A stretch of 64,000 nucleotides of DNA from Bacteroidales bacterium (GTDB lineage: Bacteria > Bacteroidota > Bacteroidia > Bacteroidales > UBA12077), in contig JAEINU010000001.1 of the NCBI GenBank assembly GCA_016342685.1, positions 824,169-888,168 on the forward strand, written 5' to 3'. The notes beneath the pieces are model-generated. The model did no database searches and had not been told where the DNA came from. It worked only from the letters and a program-made list of their open reading frames with translations. Positions 35,885 through 44,784 of this stretch are shown here, piece after piece. The first letter of the stretch is position 1. Each line of letters opens with the position of its first letter. The translations under genes were made by a program, and so were the position numbers.

Positions 35885-37888
35885 ATGAGAATTTTTGATG
35901 GATTATTCAAGAGGATTGTTATAATTTTTTTGATTATTATTTTGCTGTGGTTTTTGTTTTCTAATGTTATAATATTCTCATTATTTACAGAAGTAGAAAA
36001 TTATAATCTTATTAAAGAGCATGTTGATTGGGCTTTTGTAATTTTTTCATTTATTCTAATCTATTTTTTAATAAATAGAGAATTTATTAAAAGGAATTAT
36101 AGAAAAGCAGTCATAGCAGCAGAGCAAAATCTGTACAAAACAATATTCGAAACTGCTCATGATGCAATTTATCTATTAAATGATCAATATGAATTTGTTG
36201 ACTGTAATAAGGAAACACTTGACATGTTTCAATGTACAAAAGAGCAAATTATAGGTAAAAAACCTTTTGATGTTTCTCCTTATTTTCAGTTTGGTGAGGT
36301 GAAATCAGAAATGCTATCAACTGAAAAAATGAGTCAAGCAAAAAATGGAAAACCTCAATTTTTTGAATGGTTACATACTAATTTAAAAAAGGATAAATTA
36401 TTTTTTACAGAGGTTTCACTTAATAGATTGGTAATTTCAGGTGAAATTTTTTTATTAGCAGTTATCAGAGATATTTCTAAAAGAAAAAAGGCTGAAAGTA
36501 CATTAACAGAAAGCGAAAAAAAATATCGTCGATTAACTGAAAATTCTCCCAATATAACTTACATTTTTTCAGTAAAAAGAGGTGCTTTATATTGGTCTTC
36601 TAAAGTAAAGGATATTCTTGGTTTTGATTCTGAGAATTTATTAAACAATACACTAAAATGGGGGAATTCAATACATCTAGAAGATAGACCTAAAATAAAA
36701 CTTTTTTTTACAAATATTCAAGTTGGAAAAACATACGAAATAGAATATAGAATATATGATATTCATAAAAAGATACATTGGTTTTATGACAGGATATTTA
36801 ATGTGAGGGAAGAAGATGGAGATATTATTTTAGAAGGTATAATATCAGATATTACGAAACAAAAGGAAACAGAACATATTCTAAAAATAAGTGAAGAAAA
36901 ATATAAGGCACAATATGATTATTTCCCTATACCAATATATACTTTTAAAAAGCAAGGCAAAGACTTATATATCACAGATGTAAATAACGCAGCAAAAAAT
37001 TATCCTTTTGTTAAAGCCGAAGAAATAATAGGAAGGAATGTGACTGACTTTGTTGAAAATAAAGAAGAAATGGTGCTTCTTGATGTTTTAAATGAAACGT
37101 TCAAAATAAAACAAGACCAGAAATTAGAAATGGCCTATAGGTTTAAAACAACAGGTGTAAAAAGAAATATAACTGCCGTTATTGGATTTGTTCCACCCGA
37201 TTCTGTGTTGTTATCTACAATTGATGTAACAGATAAAAGAAATGCACAGCAAAAGGTTTATCATGCAATGATTAATGCGGAGGAACGAGAAAGAAGTCGA
37301 ATTGCTAAAGAATTACATGATGGTGTTTCTCCAATATTGTCGGCTACTAAGCTTTATATACAAACCTTATTGAATTTGAAAGATGAAAAAACAAGGGGTG
37401 AAATATCTAATAAGATTAATAATACAATAAATGAGGCGATTCAAAGTGTATCCGATATCTCAAATAAGCTGAGTCCTCACATTCTTCAAAATTTTGGTTT
37501 ATCTACGGCAATACAATCTTTTTTTGATAAGATAACTGAGATTGCAAATATTCATCATAGTTTTTTTTATAATATTAATAGTAAGCTTGATGAAGATATT
37601 GAAGTTAATATTTATCGAATATTAGTTGAACTTATTAATAATACTGTAAAGTATGCCAATGCAAAAAACATTATCATTAATATTCAAGAAAAGGGAGATG
37701 TAATTAAGATATTTTTTGAACATAACGGTAAGGGTTTTAATATTGAAGAAGTTAGAAGTAAATCTAGGGGCATGGGCTTATATAATTTAGATAATAGAAT
37801 AAATTTATTAAATGGTGATTTCGATATTGAATCTGATATTAAAACTGGACTGAAAGTAAAAATTACTTTTCCTTTAAATATAGAATAA
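35885..37888 (+). CDS. Membrane sensor histidine kinase with three PAS domains and HisKA_3/HATPase_c core (NarL-partner type)
   Basis: Two N-terminal TMs; PAS repeats; H-box ERERSRIAKELHDGVSPIL (HisKA_3); C-terminal ATPase G-boxes. Confidence 0.8.
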   Translation: MRIFDGLFKRIVIIFLIIILLWFLFSNVIIFSLFTEVENYNLIKEHVDWAFVIFSFILIYFLINREFIKRNYRKAVIAAEQNLYKTIFETAHDAIYLLNDQYEFVDCNKETLDMFQCTKEQIIGKKPFDVSPYFQFGEVKSEMLSTEKMSQAKNGKPQFFEWLHTNLKKDKLFFTEVSLNRLVISGEIFLLAVIRDISKRKKAESTLTESEKKYRRLTENSPNITYIFSVKRGALYWSSKVKDILGFDSENLLNNTLKWGNSIHLEDRPKIKLFFTNIQVGKTYEIEYRIYDIHKKIHWFYDRIFNVREEDGDIILEGIISDITKQKETEHILKISEEKYKAQYDYFPIPIYTFKKQGKDLYITDVNNAAKNYPFVKAEEIIGRNVTDFVENKEEMVLLDVLNETFKIKQDQKLEMAYRFKTTGVKRNITAVIGFVPPDSVLLSTIDVTDKRNAQQKVYHAMINAEERERSRIAKELHDGVSPILSATKLYIQTLLNLKDEKTRGEISNKINNTINEAIQSVSDISNKLSPHILQNFGLSTAIQSFFDKITEIANIHHSFFYNINSKLDEDIEVNIYRILVELINNTVKYANAKNIIINIQEKGDVIKIFFEHNGKGFNIEEVRSKSRGMGLYNLDNRINLLNGDFDIESDIKTGLKVKITFPLNIE

Positions 37889-37889
37889 A

Positions 37890-38543
37890 ATGAGCAAAAT
37901 AATTAATATAATTATTGTTGATGACCATGCAATTTTTAGAGATGGTTTGAAATCATTATTATCACAGATCCCAAATTTTTATGTTTTGGATGAAGCAAAA
38001 ACGGGATTGGATTTTTTGAATATTTTACAAAATAGAAAGCCAGATATTGTATTGATGGATATCTCGATGCCCGAGTTAGATGGGGATGAAGCCACAGAAA
38101 AGGCTTTACTACAATATCCAGATCTTAAAATAATAGCACTTTCCAGTTATAGTGATCATATTTATTACTACAAAATGATTAGAGCTGGAGTACAGGGGTT
38201 TGTATTAAAGAAATCGGGTAGAGAAGAACTTGAAGAAGCAATAAATACCGTTTTTAAGGGTGAAAACTATTTTCCTCAGGATATCTTAAGAAATTTAATA
38301 TTTAAATTAGGAAATACAGGAATTGAATCCGTTTTAGATGATCATGTTTCTCTTTCAAAAAGAGAAAAAGAAGTGTTACAATTAATTTGTCAGGGATTTA
38401 CAAATATTGAGATTGCTGAAAAACTTCACATTAGTCCTAAAACCGTAGATAATCACAGAACCAAATTGTTGTCAAAAACCAATACTAAGAATTCAGCTCA
38501 TCTTGTTATGTTTGCTATCAAGAATCACTTAATAGAAGTCTAG
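37890..38543 (+). CDS. NarL/FixJ-family response regulator (REC + LuxR-type HTH)
   Basis: REC domain (IIVDDH ... VLMDISMP ... ALSSY); LuxR HTH (REKEVLQLICQGFTNIEIAEKLHISPKTVDNHRTKL). Start is 2 bp after the kinase stop. Confidence 0.85.
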   Translation: MSKIINIIIVDDHAIFRDGLKSLLSQIPNFYVLDEAKTGLDFLNILQNRKPDIVLMDISMPELDGDEATEKALLQYPDLKIIALSSYSDHIYYYKMIRAGVQGFVLKKSGREELEEAINTVFKGENYFPQDILRNLIFKLGNTGIESVLDDHVSLSKREKEVLQLICQGFTNIEIAEKLHISPKTVDNHRTKLLSKTNTKNSAHLVMFAIKNHLIEV

Positions 38544-38585
38544 AAATTAAGTGATTTATAGTTATATCTCTAGTTTTTTAAAGTA

Positions 38586-38630
38586 AAATTAGGGGATTTA
38601 CCCTATCGATTTAGTGTTTTCCCCTCTTAT
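38586..38630 (+). promoter_or_regulatory. Conserved 45-bp element with inverted repeat (AGGGGA..24 bp..TCCCCT, inner GGGGAtttACCC), 46 bp upstream of the cheY-like gene; copy 1
   Basis: 42/45 identical to the copy at 42770-42814. Same spacing to the start codon in both copies. Lies just downstream of the NarL-type regulator gene. Confidence 0.55.
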
Positions 38631-38676
38631 TACTTATTGAATAGTAAATTATTTTTGGCATTAAAATATTAGTGCC

Positions 38677-39090
38677 GTGAAAATAATAATTGTTGATGAC
38701 AATAAAACTTTTAGAGAAAGCCTGAAATATTATGTGGAAGACGAACTTTTGCATGAAGTTATCGCTATGGCGGTAGATGGACTGGAGTTTCTAAAAATTG
38801 AAAATATTCATAAAGCCGACATCGTTTTAATGGATATAGAAATGCCTAATTTAAATGGCATTGAAACTACAAAAAGAGCTTTGAATGATTACCCTGCTTT
38901 AAAAATTGTGGCAATTACAAATTATACCGATAGAGCTTATCTTATTGACTTGTTAAGTGCTGGATTTAAGGGCTGTGTTTTTAAGAATAGTGTTTACGAT
39001 GATCTTAAGAATGCTCTTTCTAATTTGTTTTCTAACAAGTTATATTTTCCAAATAACATATTAACAATAAGGAATATAGTAAACAAATAA
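38677..39090 (+). CDS. cheY: CheY-like single-domain response regulator (GTG start), module A
   Basis: Receiver residues present: DD (7-8), D in LMDIEMP, T in AITNY, K in FKGCVFK; no output domain. Confidence 0.7.
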   Translation: MKIIIVDDNKTFRESLKYYVEDELLHEVIAMAVDGLEFLKIENIHKADIVLMDIEMPNLNGIETTKRALNDYPALKIVAITNYTDRAYLIDLLSAGFKGCVFKNSVYDDLKNALSNLFSNKLYFPNNILTIRNIVNK

Positions 39091-39100
39091 TATATTATAT

Positions 39101-39574
39101 ATGGAGATAGACAGCAAAACACAAATTAACTCCTATTTAACGTTTAAAATTGGAGTTGAAGAGTTCGGAATTCAAGTAAATAAAGTACTAAATATTCTTG
39201 AATTGCAAGAAATTACAAATGTTCCAAAATCTCCTGAGTATATGAAAGGAGTTATTAATTTAAGAGGAACAATTCTTCCAATAATTGATACTCGGATTAA
39301 ATTTGAAATGACTCCAACTGAGTTTACAGATGATACATGTATTGTGGTGATGGATTTAGTAGTAGAAGATGAGATAATGCATGTTGGAGCCTTGGTCGAT
39401 TCTGTTGTTGCAGTTCGTGAAATTGATGAAAGTCAAATTAATCCATCTCCGAATATTGGTAAAAGTTATAAATCAGAATTTATTTCTGGACTCGTTAAAA
39501 TTAATGAAAGCTTTGTCATGATTTTGGATGTAATTAAGCTTTTTACAGGTGAAGATTTAAAGGATTTAAATTAA
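39101..39574 (+). CDS. cheW: Chemotaxis coupling protein CheW, module A
   Basis: Classic CheW core LTFKIGVEEFGIQVNKVLNILE...PKSPEYMKGVINLRGTILPIIDTR. Confidence 0.85.
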   Translation: MEIDSKTQINSYLTFKIGVEEFGIQVNKVLNILELQEITNVPKSPEYMKGVINLRGTILPIIDTRIKFEMTPTEFTDDTCIVVMDLVVEDEIMHVGALVDSVVAVREIDESQINPSPNIGKSYKSEFISGLVKINESFVMILDVIKLFTGEDLKDLN

Positions 39575-39631
39575 AAAAGGAATTATAAAATGACGTTTAA
39601 TAATTAAAAATTAGTAATAACACAATTAATT

Positions 39632-40378
39632 ATGAAAAGAAGAATAGTTTTAATAATTGTATTAATACTAATAAGCTTTAGCGGTTTTTCACAGGATATA
39701 ACATTAGTCAATAAGGATTCTAAATCTTATACCGATATAGGAGCCGATATTGTAAGTAGTTATGTTTGGAGAGGTTTGCAAGTTGATGCATCTCCTAATA
39801 TTCAAGGATGGGGAGAGTTTGGTAATAATTTTTTTAATTTTGGTGTTTGGGCTTCTAGTAATTTTAATGGAAGTTATGTAGAAGCAGATGTTTATGCAGG
39901 ATTCACAATCGGAGGATTTAACGCTTTACTAACGGATTATTTTGTGGGATCGGATGATTTTTTCAACTTTGATAAAAATACAACTACTCATGTAGCAGAA
40001 TTAGCTCTACAATACACAATAAGTGATAATTTCCCTTTGCAATTTACATTTGGAACATTAATTTTTGGAGACGATAAACAAATTGCTTCAGTTGATTTAA
40101 ATGATGATCCTGTTTTTAATAATAAGAATAATTTTTCTTCTTACATCGAACTTATGTACACAATTACACATCGAAATACTGAAATTTCATTTGTTGCTGG
40201 CGGAGTAACTCATGAAAGTTATTATTATTCCAGCGAAAGAGCTTCCATTATAAATTTGGGAGTTGTAGCTTCTAAAGAAATAAAAATTACAGATAATTTT
40301 AGTTTACCTATATCTTTTGGATTGACAGTAAATCCAGAGCTTGAGAGTATATATACTGTTGTAGGTATCACATTATAA
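39632..40378 (+). CDS. Outer-membrane beta-barrel protein, possibly TorF-like putative porin, module A
   Basis: Signal peptide; YVWRGLQVD motif resembling the TorF/Gcw_chp family; alternating beta-strand pattern; C-terminal aromatic-rich strand. Confidence 0.45.
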   Translation: MKRRIVLIIVLILISFSGFSQDITLVNKDSKSYTDIGADIVSSYVWRGLQVDASPNIQGWGEFGNNFFNFGVWASSNFNGSYVEADVYAGFTIGGFNALLTDYFVGSDDFFNFDKNTTTHVAELALQYTISDNFPLQFTFGTLIFGDDKQIASVDLNDDPVFNNKNNFSSYIELMYTITHRNTEISFVAGGVTHESYYYSSERASIINLGVVASKEIKITDNFSLPISFGLTVNPELESIYTVVGITL

Positions 40379-40401
40379 ATCATTAGATTAATTAATAAGT
40401 T

Positions 40402-42474
40402 ATGAGAACAAATTCAATAAAAACAAAACTTTCTCTTGTTTTAGGAGTGATAATATTAATTGCAATAGCAATAATAATTACGGTGTCAAGCATTAATGGA
40501 AACAAAGTTGCCATTGAGAATGCAGAAAACAAGATGGTATCTACTTTAGAGAATTCCACACAAAAACTCGAAAATATTATTAATAAAAATATTTTGGAAA
40601 TGGAAGCTCATTGGAATGATTTAAAAGTTTTGATTCAATATGAAAATTTTGATAGAACACAAGTTCAGGATATTTATAAAAATATGCTGAAAAAAGATGC
40701 TTCTGCCATTGGATATACAATATGTCTTAAGCCTGGTTGTTTTGATGGCAAATCTGATGATTATAAAGGATATCCAGGTTATTATTCTGATGGACGTTTT
40801 AGTGAGTATTTATATAAGGAAGGTAATCAAATCTTAAGAGATGAATTGACCATTTCTTTTGAACAGGATCTTCAAGAGGCAGGTTCTGATTGGTGGAGAA
40901 TACCGGAAAAGACAAAAGAAAACTTTATCTATATGGATATATACAATGTTGGTGGGAAAGACGTATTAATGGTTTCTGTTACATATACAATACTTCGTAA
41001 CAACGAATTTATTGGAGTAATATGTAAAGATTTTATTAGTGAATTTATACAGCAAGAAGCTATAGAAGCAAATAGTAAACTTTTTAAAGGTCAAGGTAAT
41101 ATAGAAATATACGATCAGGATGGAAATATAGCTGCAGATACTAAAAATGCAGAAAATGTAGGGAAGGATCTCAAAACTATATCAAATGAAAATTACTCAG
41201 AAATTATAAGTTCAATAAAACAGGGAGAAGAAAGAACTTATAAAGAAAATGGTAATTACTACTGTGTAGTTCCTATTAAATTTAATGGAAGTACATCGAA
41301 TTGGCAAATGAGAGTAGAGATTCCTGAAAATGTAATAAAAGAAAAAGCAATGTTGCTAATGAGAAATCAGCTTATAATTGGATTATTTTCAATTTGTATA
41401 AGTATTCTTATTATATTTTTAATTGTAAAAAGAATGCTTAATCCATTAAACAGTTTAACCGCCTTTTCTGAAAAAGTAGCACAAGGTATTCTTTATGAAA
41501 ATATTAATATTGACAGGGATGACGAAATAGGTCAGTTAGCTAAAGCATTTTCTATAATGATGAGTAGAATTAGAGAAGTAGTTAATGGAGTAAAAGATAA
41601 TGCCGATAATCTTGTTAGTGCTAGTCAACAATTGAGTTCAAGTTCAGAAGAAATGTCCCAAGGTGCATCCGAACAAGCATCGTCAACAGAAGAAGTTTCT
41701 TCATCAATGGAAGAGATGTCGTCTAATATTCAACAAAATACAGATAATGCACAGGAAACAGAAAAAATATCTGTTGTGGCTGCAAAAGGAATATCGGAGG
41801 TTGAAAAGGCTGCTAAAGAAAGTTTAACATCAATTAAGCAAATTGCAGATAAAATAACCATTGTTAACGACATTGCATTTCAAACGAATATTTTAGCATT
41901 AAATGCTGCTGTCGAAGCTGCTAGGGCAGGAGAGCACGGTAGAGGTTTTGCTGTTGTTGCTGCCGAAGTAAGAAAATTAGCAGAGCGTAGTAAAATTGCT
42001 GCCGACGAAATAGTTTCCTTATCTACTTATAGTGTTAAAGCAACTGCAGACGCAGGAGAACTAATGTCAAAAATAATTCCGGAGGTTGAAAAAACTGCAA
42101 GATTAGTGCAGGAGATTACTGCTGCTAGCTTAGAGCAAAATTCAGGTGCCGATCAAATAAATAGTGCGATACAGCAATTAAATCAGGTAACTCAGCAAAA
42201 TGCTGCGGCAAGCGAAGAAATGTCTACAAGTTCAGAAGAGCTTTCTAGTCAAGCTGAACAACTTAAGGATATGGTGAGTTTCTTCAAGGTAGATAATTCT
42301 GAAAATTATATGGGCGTTAGGTCTAATACTTTACAACAGTTTAATCAAGATTCAAAATTTGTAAAAACTGCAGGATCAAACGGTAGTAAGAACAAAAAGG
42401 TTCTTGATGAAAAAGGGTTTGATCTTAATTTAAATGAATCTAATAAAATAGATAATGAATTTGAATCATTTTAG
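40402..42474 (+). CDS. Methyl-accepting chemotaxis protein with periplasmic double-Cache-like sensor, HAMP and MCP signalling domain (MCP1)
   Basis: TM1/TM2 flank a ~285-aa extracytoplasmic domain; HAMP; highly conserved MCP signalling core ([40 protein letters not shown]); C-terminal NEFESF. Confidence 0.9.
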   Translation: MRTNSIKTKLSLVLGVIILIAIAIIITVSSINGNKVAIENAENKMVSTLENSTQKLENIINKNILEMEAHWNDLKVLIQYENFDRTQVQDIYKNMLKKDASAIGYTICLKPGCFDGKSDDYKGYPGYYSDGRFSEYLYKEGNQILRDELTISFEQDLQEAGSDWWRIPEKTKENFIYMDIYNVGGKDVLMVSVTYTILRNNEFIGVICKDFISEFIQQEAIEANSKLFKGQGNIEIYDQDGNIAADTKNAENVGKDLKTISNENYSEIISSIKQGEERTYKENGNYYCVVPIKFNGSTSNWQMRVEIPENVIKEKAMLLMRNQLIIGLFSICISILIIFLIVKRMLNPLNSLTAFSEKVAQGILYENINIDRDDEIGQLAKAFSIMMSRIREVVNGVKDNADNLVSASQQLSSSSEEMSQGASEQASSTEEVSSSMEEMSSNIQQNTDNAQETEKISVVAAKGISEVEKAAKESLTSIKQIADKITIVNDIAFQTNILALNAAVEAARAGEHGRGFAVVAAEVRKLAERSKIAADEIVSLSTYSVKATADAGELMSKIIPEVEKTARLVQEITAASLEQNSGADQINSAIQQLNQVTQQNAAASEEMSTSSEELSSQAEQLKDMVSFFKVDNSENYMGVRSNTLQQFNQDSKFVKTAGSNGSKNKKVLDEKGFDLNLNESNKIDNEFESF

Positions 42475-42502
42475 ATAAGGGTAGGTTTTTTTAGTTTGTA
42501 GA

Positions 42503-42534
42503 AAAGGAGGACATTATATTGTTCTCCTTTTTTA
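42503..42534 (+). terminator. Rho-independent terminator after MCP1
   Basis: AGGAGGACA / TGTTCTCCT stem followed by a T6 run. Confidence 0.55.
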
Positions 42535-42769
42535 ATTTCTAAATAATTCTGTCTGAACTTATAACTCTAAAGGTGATTTATGGTATTATCAATATGTCAA
42601 TCAATTCTATTTAAAAAGAGCAGGCTGGTATCGAATAGCAGAACCAATTTATTGTAAAAAACAATTCAAAGAATGAAGCTTATCCGATTATGTTTATTAT
42701 CTAACATTATTTACTACAGACGCATAAATTAGAAAATATTTAATTAGATCTCTCCTCGTTTTTAAAATG

Positions 42770-42814
42770 AAATTAGGGTATTTACCCTATCAATTTAGTG
42801 TTTTCCCCTCTTAT
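42770..42814 (+). promoter_or_regulatory. Conserved 45-bp inverted-repeat element, copy 2, 46 bp upstream of the cheY-like gene of module B
   Basis: Near-identical to 38586-38630; contains perfect GGGTA-TT-TACCC palindrome. Confidence 0.55.
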
Positions 42815-42860
42815 ATTTTTTCGACCATTAAGTTATTTTTGATATTTAAATAAGAAAGCT

Positions 42861-43265
42861 TTGAAAATAATAATTGTTGATGATAGTAATGTTTTTAAGG
42901 AAAGTATAAAATATTATTTGGAAAAAATGCTTTCGCATGAAGTTATTAATATGGCAGGAAATGGAGTTGAGTTTCTAAAAATAGAAGATTCATATGAGGC
43001 AGATGTTATTTTAATGGATATAGAGATGCCCCTTTTAAATGGTTTTGAAACTGCGAAAAGAGCATTGTATGAAAATCCCGCCTTGAAACTAATAGCCATA
43101 ACAAATTATTCAGATAGAGTTTATCTTGTAGATCTAATTAGTGCCGGTTTTAAGGCTTGTGTTTTTAAAAGCAATATTTACCAAGAGCTTGAAAAAGTTT
43201 TTTCCAAATTGCATTCAAAAAAGTTGTGCTTCCCCAAAAACATAATGTTAATGAATAATCAATAA
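42861..43265 (+). CDS. cheY: CheY-like single-domain response regulator (TTG start), module B
   Basis: About 60% identical to module A CheY; conserved receiver residues. Confidence 0.7.
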   Translation: MKIIIVDDSNVFKESIKYYLEKMLSHEVINMAGNGVEFLKIEDSYEADVILMDIEMPLLNGFETAKRALYENPALKLIAITNYSDRVYLVDLISAGFKACVFKSNIYQELEKVFSKLHSKKLCFPKNIMLMNNQ

Positions 43266-43283
43266 CCAAATAATATTCGAATT

Positions 43284-43787
43284 ATGGAAATAGAAACTAA
43301 AATAAAAATTGATTCTTATTTAACTTTTAAGATCGGTGATGAAGAATTTGGAGCACATGTAAATAAAGTGCTTAATATTCTTGAGTTACAAAATATTACG
43401 AAAGTTCCTAAATCTCCGGAGTATATGAAAGGAATTATTAACTTGAGAGGAAAAGTGCTTCCAGTTATTGATACTCGGATCAAATTTAATATGAATCCAA
43501 CTGAGTTTACCGATGATACCTGCATTGTAGTTATGGATCTAGAAATTGAAGATGATGTTATACATATAGGGGCTCTAGTCGATTCTGTTGTTGCTGTTCG
43601 AGAAATTGATGAAAATCAAATTAATCCTCCACCAAGTATTGGGAAAAGTTATAAGTCCGAATTTATTACAGGAATAGTTAAAGTTAATGAAAGGTTTGTG
43701 CAGATTTTGGATTTAGTAAAGCTTTTTACTGGTACAGAATTGAGTGAATTAAAGAAATCACAAAACAAGGTAAATGAAGAAGATTAA
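43284..43787 (+). CDS. cheW: Chemotaxis coupling protein CheW, module B
   Basis: About 75% identical to module A CheW. Confidence 0.85.
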   Translation: MEIETKIKIDSYLTFKIGDEEFGAHVNKVLNILELQNITKVPKSPEYMKGIINLRGKVLPVIDTRIKFNMNPTEFTDDTCIVVMDLEIEDDVIHIGALVDSVVAVREIDENQINPPPSIGKSYKSEFITGIVKVNERFVQILDLVKLFTGTELSELKKSQNKVNEED

Positions 43788-44772
43788 AATTCTATTTACG
43801 GTTTATTTACTGATTTTAACTGCAACTATGTTTGCTAATGATTCAGATTCTGTTGATATCTATCCTAAAACAAAACCAATTATTAAGGTTTTTGGGAATT
43901 ATCATTTTGGATTAAACGATTATTCAACCGTGAATGCTTTTGAACTAACAAGGGCATATTTGGGTTATGATGTAAAAGTATCCGAAAATATTAGTTTTAA
44001 AACCAATATAGACATGGGTCGACCAACATCCGATAGCAAATATGATTATGTTGCATACTTAAAAACTGCTGCTTTAAAATATCATAAAGGCAAAATACAG
44101 ATTAACGCTGGATTGATTGGTTTAAAGCAATTTAAATTGCAAGAAAAAATATGGGGACACAGATATGTTTATAAATCTCTTCAAGATGAGCATAAGTTTG
44201 GACATAGTGCAGATTTAGGTGTTATGCTAGAGTATAAACTAATTGATGGTTTATTTATAGATGCAACGATAAGGAACGGAGAAGGATATAAAAAATTACA
44301 ATCAGACGAAACCTTTAATGGAGCGCTGGGAATTACGTATCACGTTTGGAAAAATATTGTTGTAAGAGGTTCATATGAACATTCAGAGAAATCTATAAAT
44401 CAATCTGTTTATTCTGGGTTAATAGGATTTCAAATGAAAGATGTAATACTTATGGGAGTTGAATATAATTATATGCAAAACTCTTCATATATCAAAAATC
44501 ATAATTTAACTGGTTATTCTGCTTACCTAACATTTATTATGAATGATAAGTTTCAGTTATTTGGGCGATACGATAATTTGAAATCAAACAAAATAAATGA
44601 TGAAATTATTTCATGGAACGAATCAAATGATGGAGAAGCAATAATCGCAGGTGTACAATATAAATTAGAGAAGAATTTAAAGGTATCTACTAATTTACAA
44701 TATTGGGCGCCCGATAAAAATAGTTTAAATAAAGAAGTTTACGCTTTTATAAGTTTAGAGTATAAATTATAA
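43774..44772 (+). CDS. Outer-membrane beta-barrel porin-like protein, module B (family differs from the module A barrel)
   Basis: Signal peptide; ~16 amphipathic beta strands; C-terminal strand ISLEYKL; overlaps CheW-B stop by 14 bp (translational coupling). Confidence 0.45.
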   Translation: MKKIKILFTVYLLILTATMFANDSDSVDIYPKTKPIIKVFGNYHFGLNDYSTVNAFELTRAYLGYDVKVSENISFKTNIDMGRPTSDSKYDYVAYLKTAALKYHKGKIQINAGLIGLKQFKLQEKIWGHRYVYKSLQDEHKFGHSADLGVMLEYKLIDGLFIDATIRNGEGYKKLQSDETFNGALGITYHVWKNIVVRGSYEHSEKSINQSVYSGLIGFQMKDVILMGVEYNYMQNSSYIKNHNLTGYSAYLTFIMNDKFQLFGRYDNLKSNKINDEIISWNESNDGEAIIAGVQYKLEKNLKVSTNLQYWAPDKNSLNKEVYAFISLEYKL

Positions 44773-44784
44773 AAATTATAAAAA

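Noticed and set aside
38650-38676. TGGCA motif suggesting a sigma-54 promoter upstream of cheY-A
   Set aside because: Spacing and the -12 TTGC element do not fit the TGGCAC-N5-TTGCW consensus.
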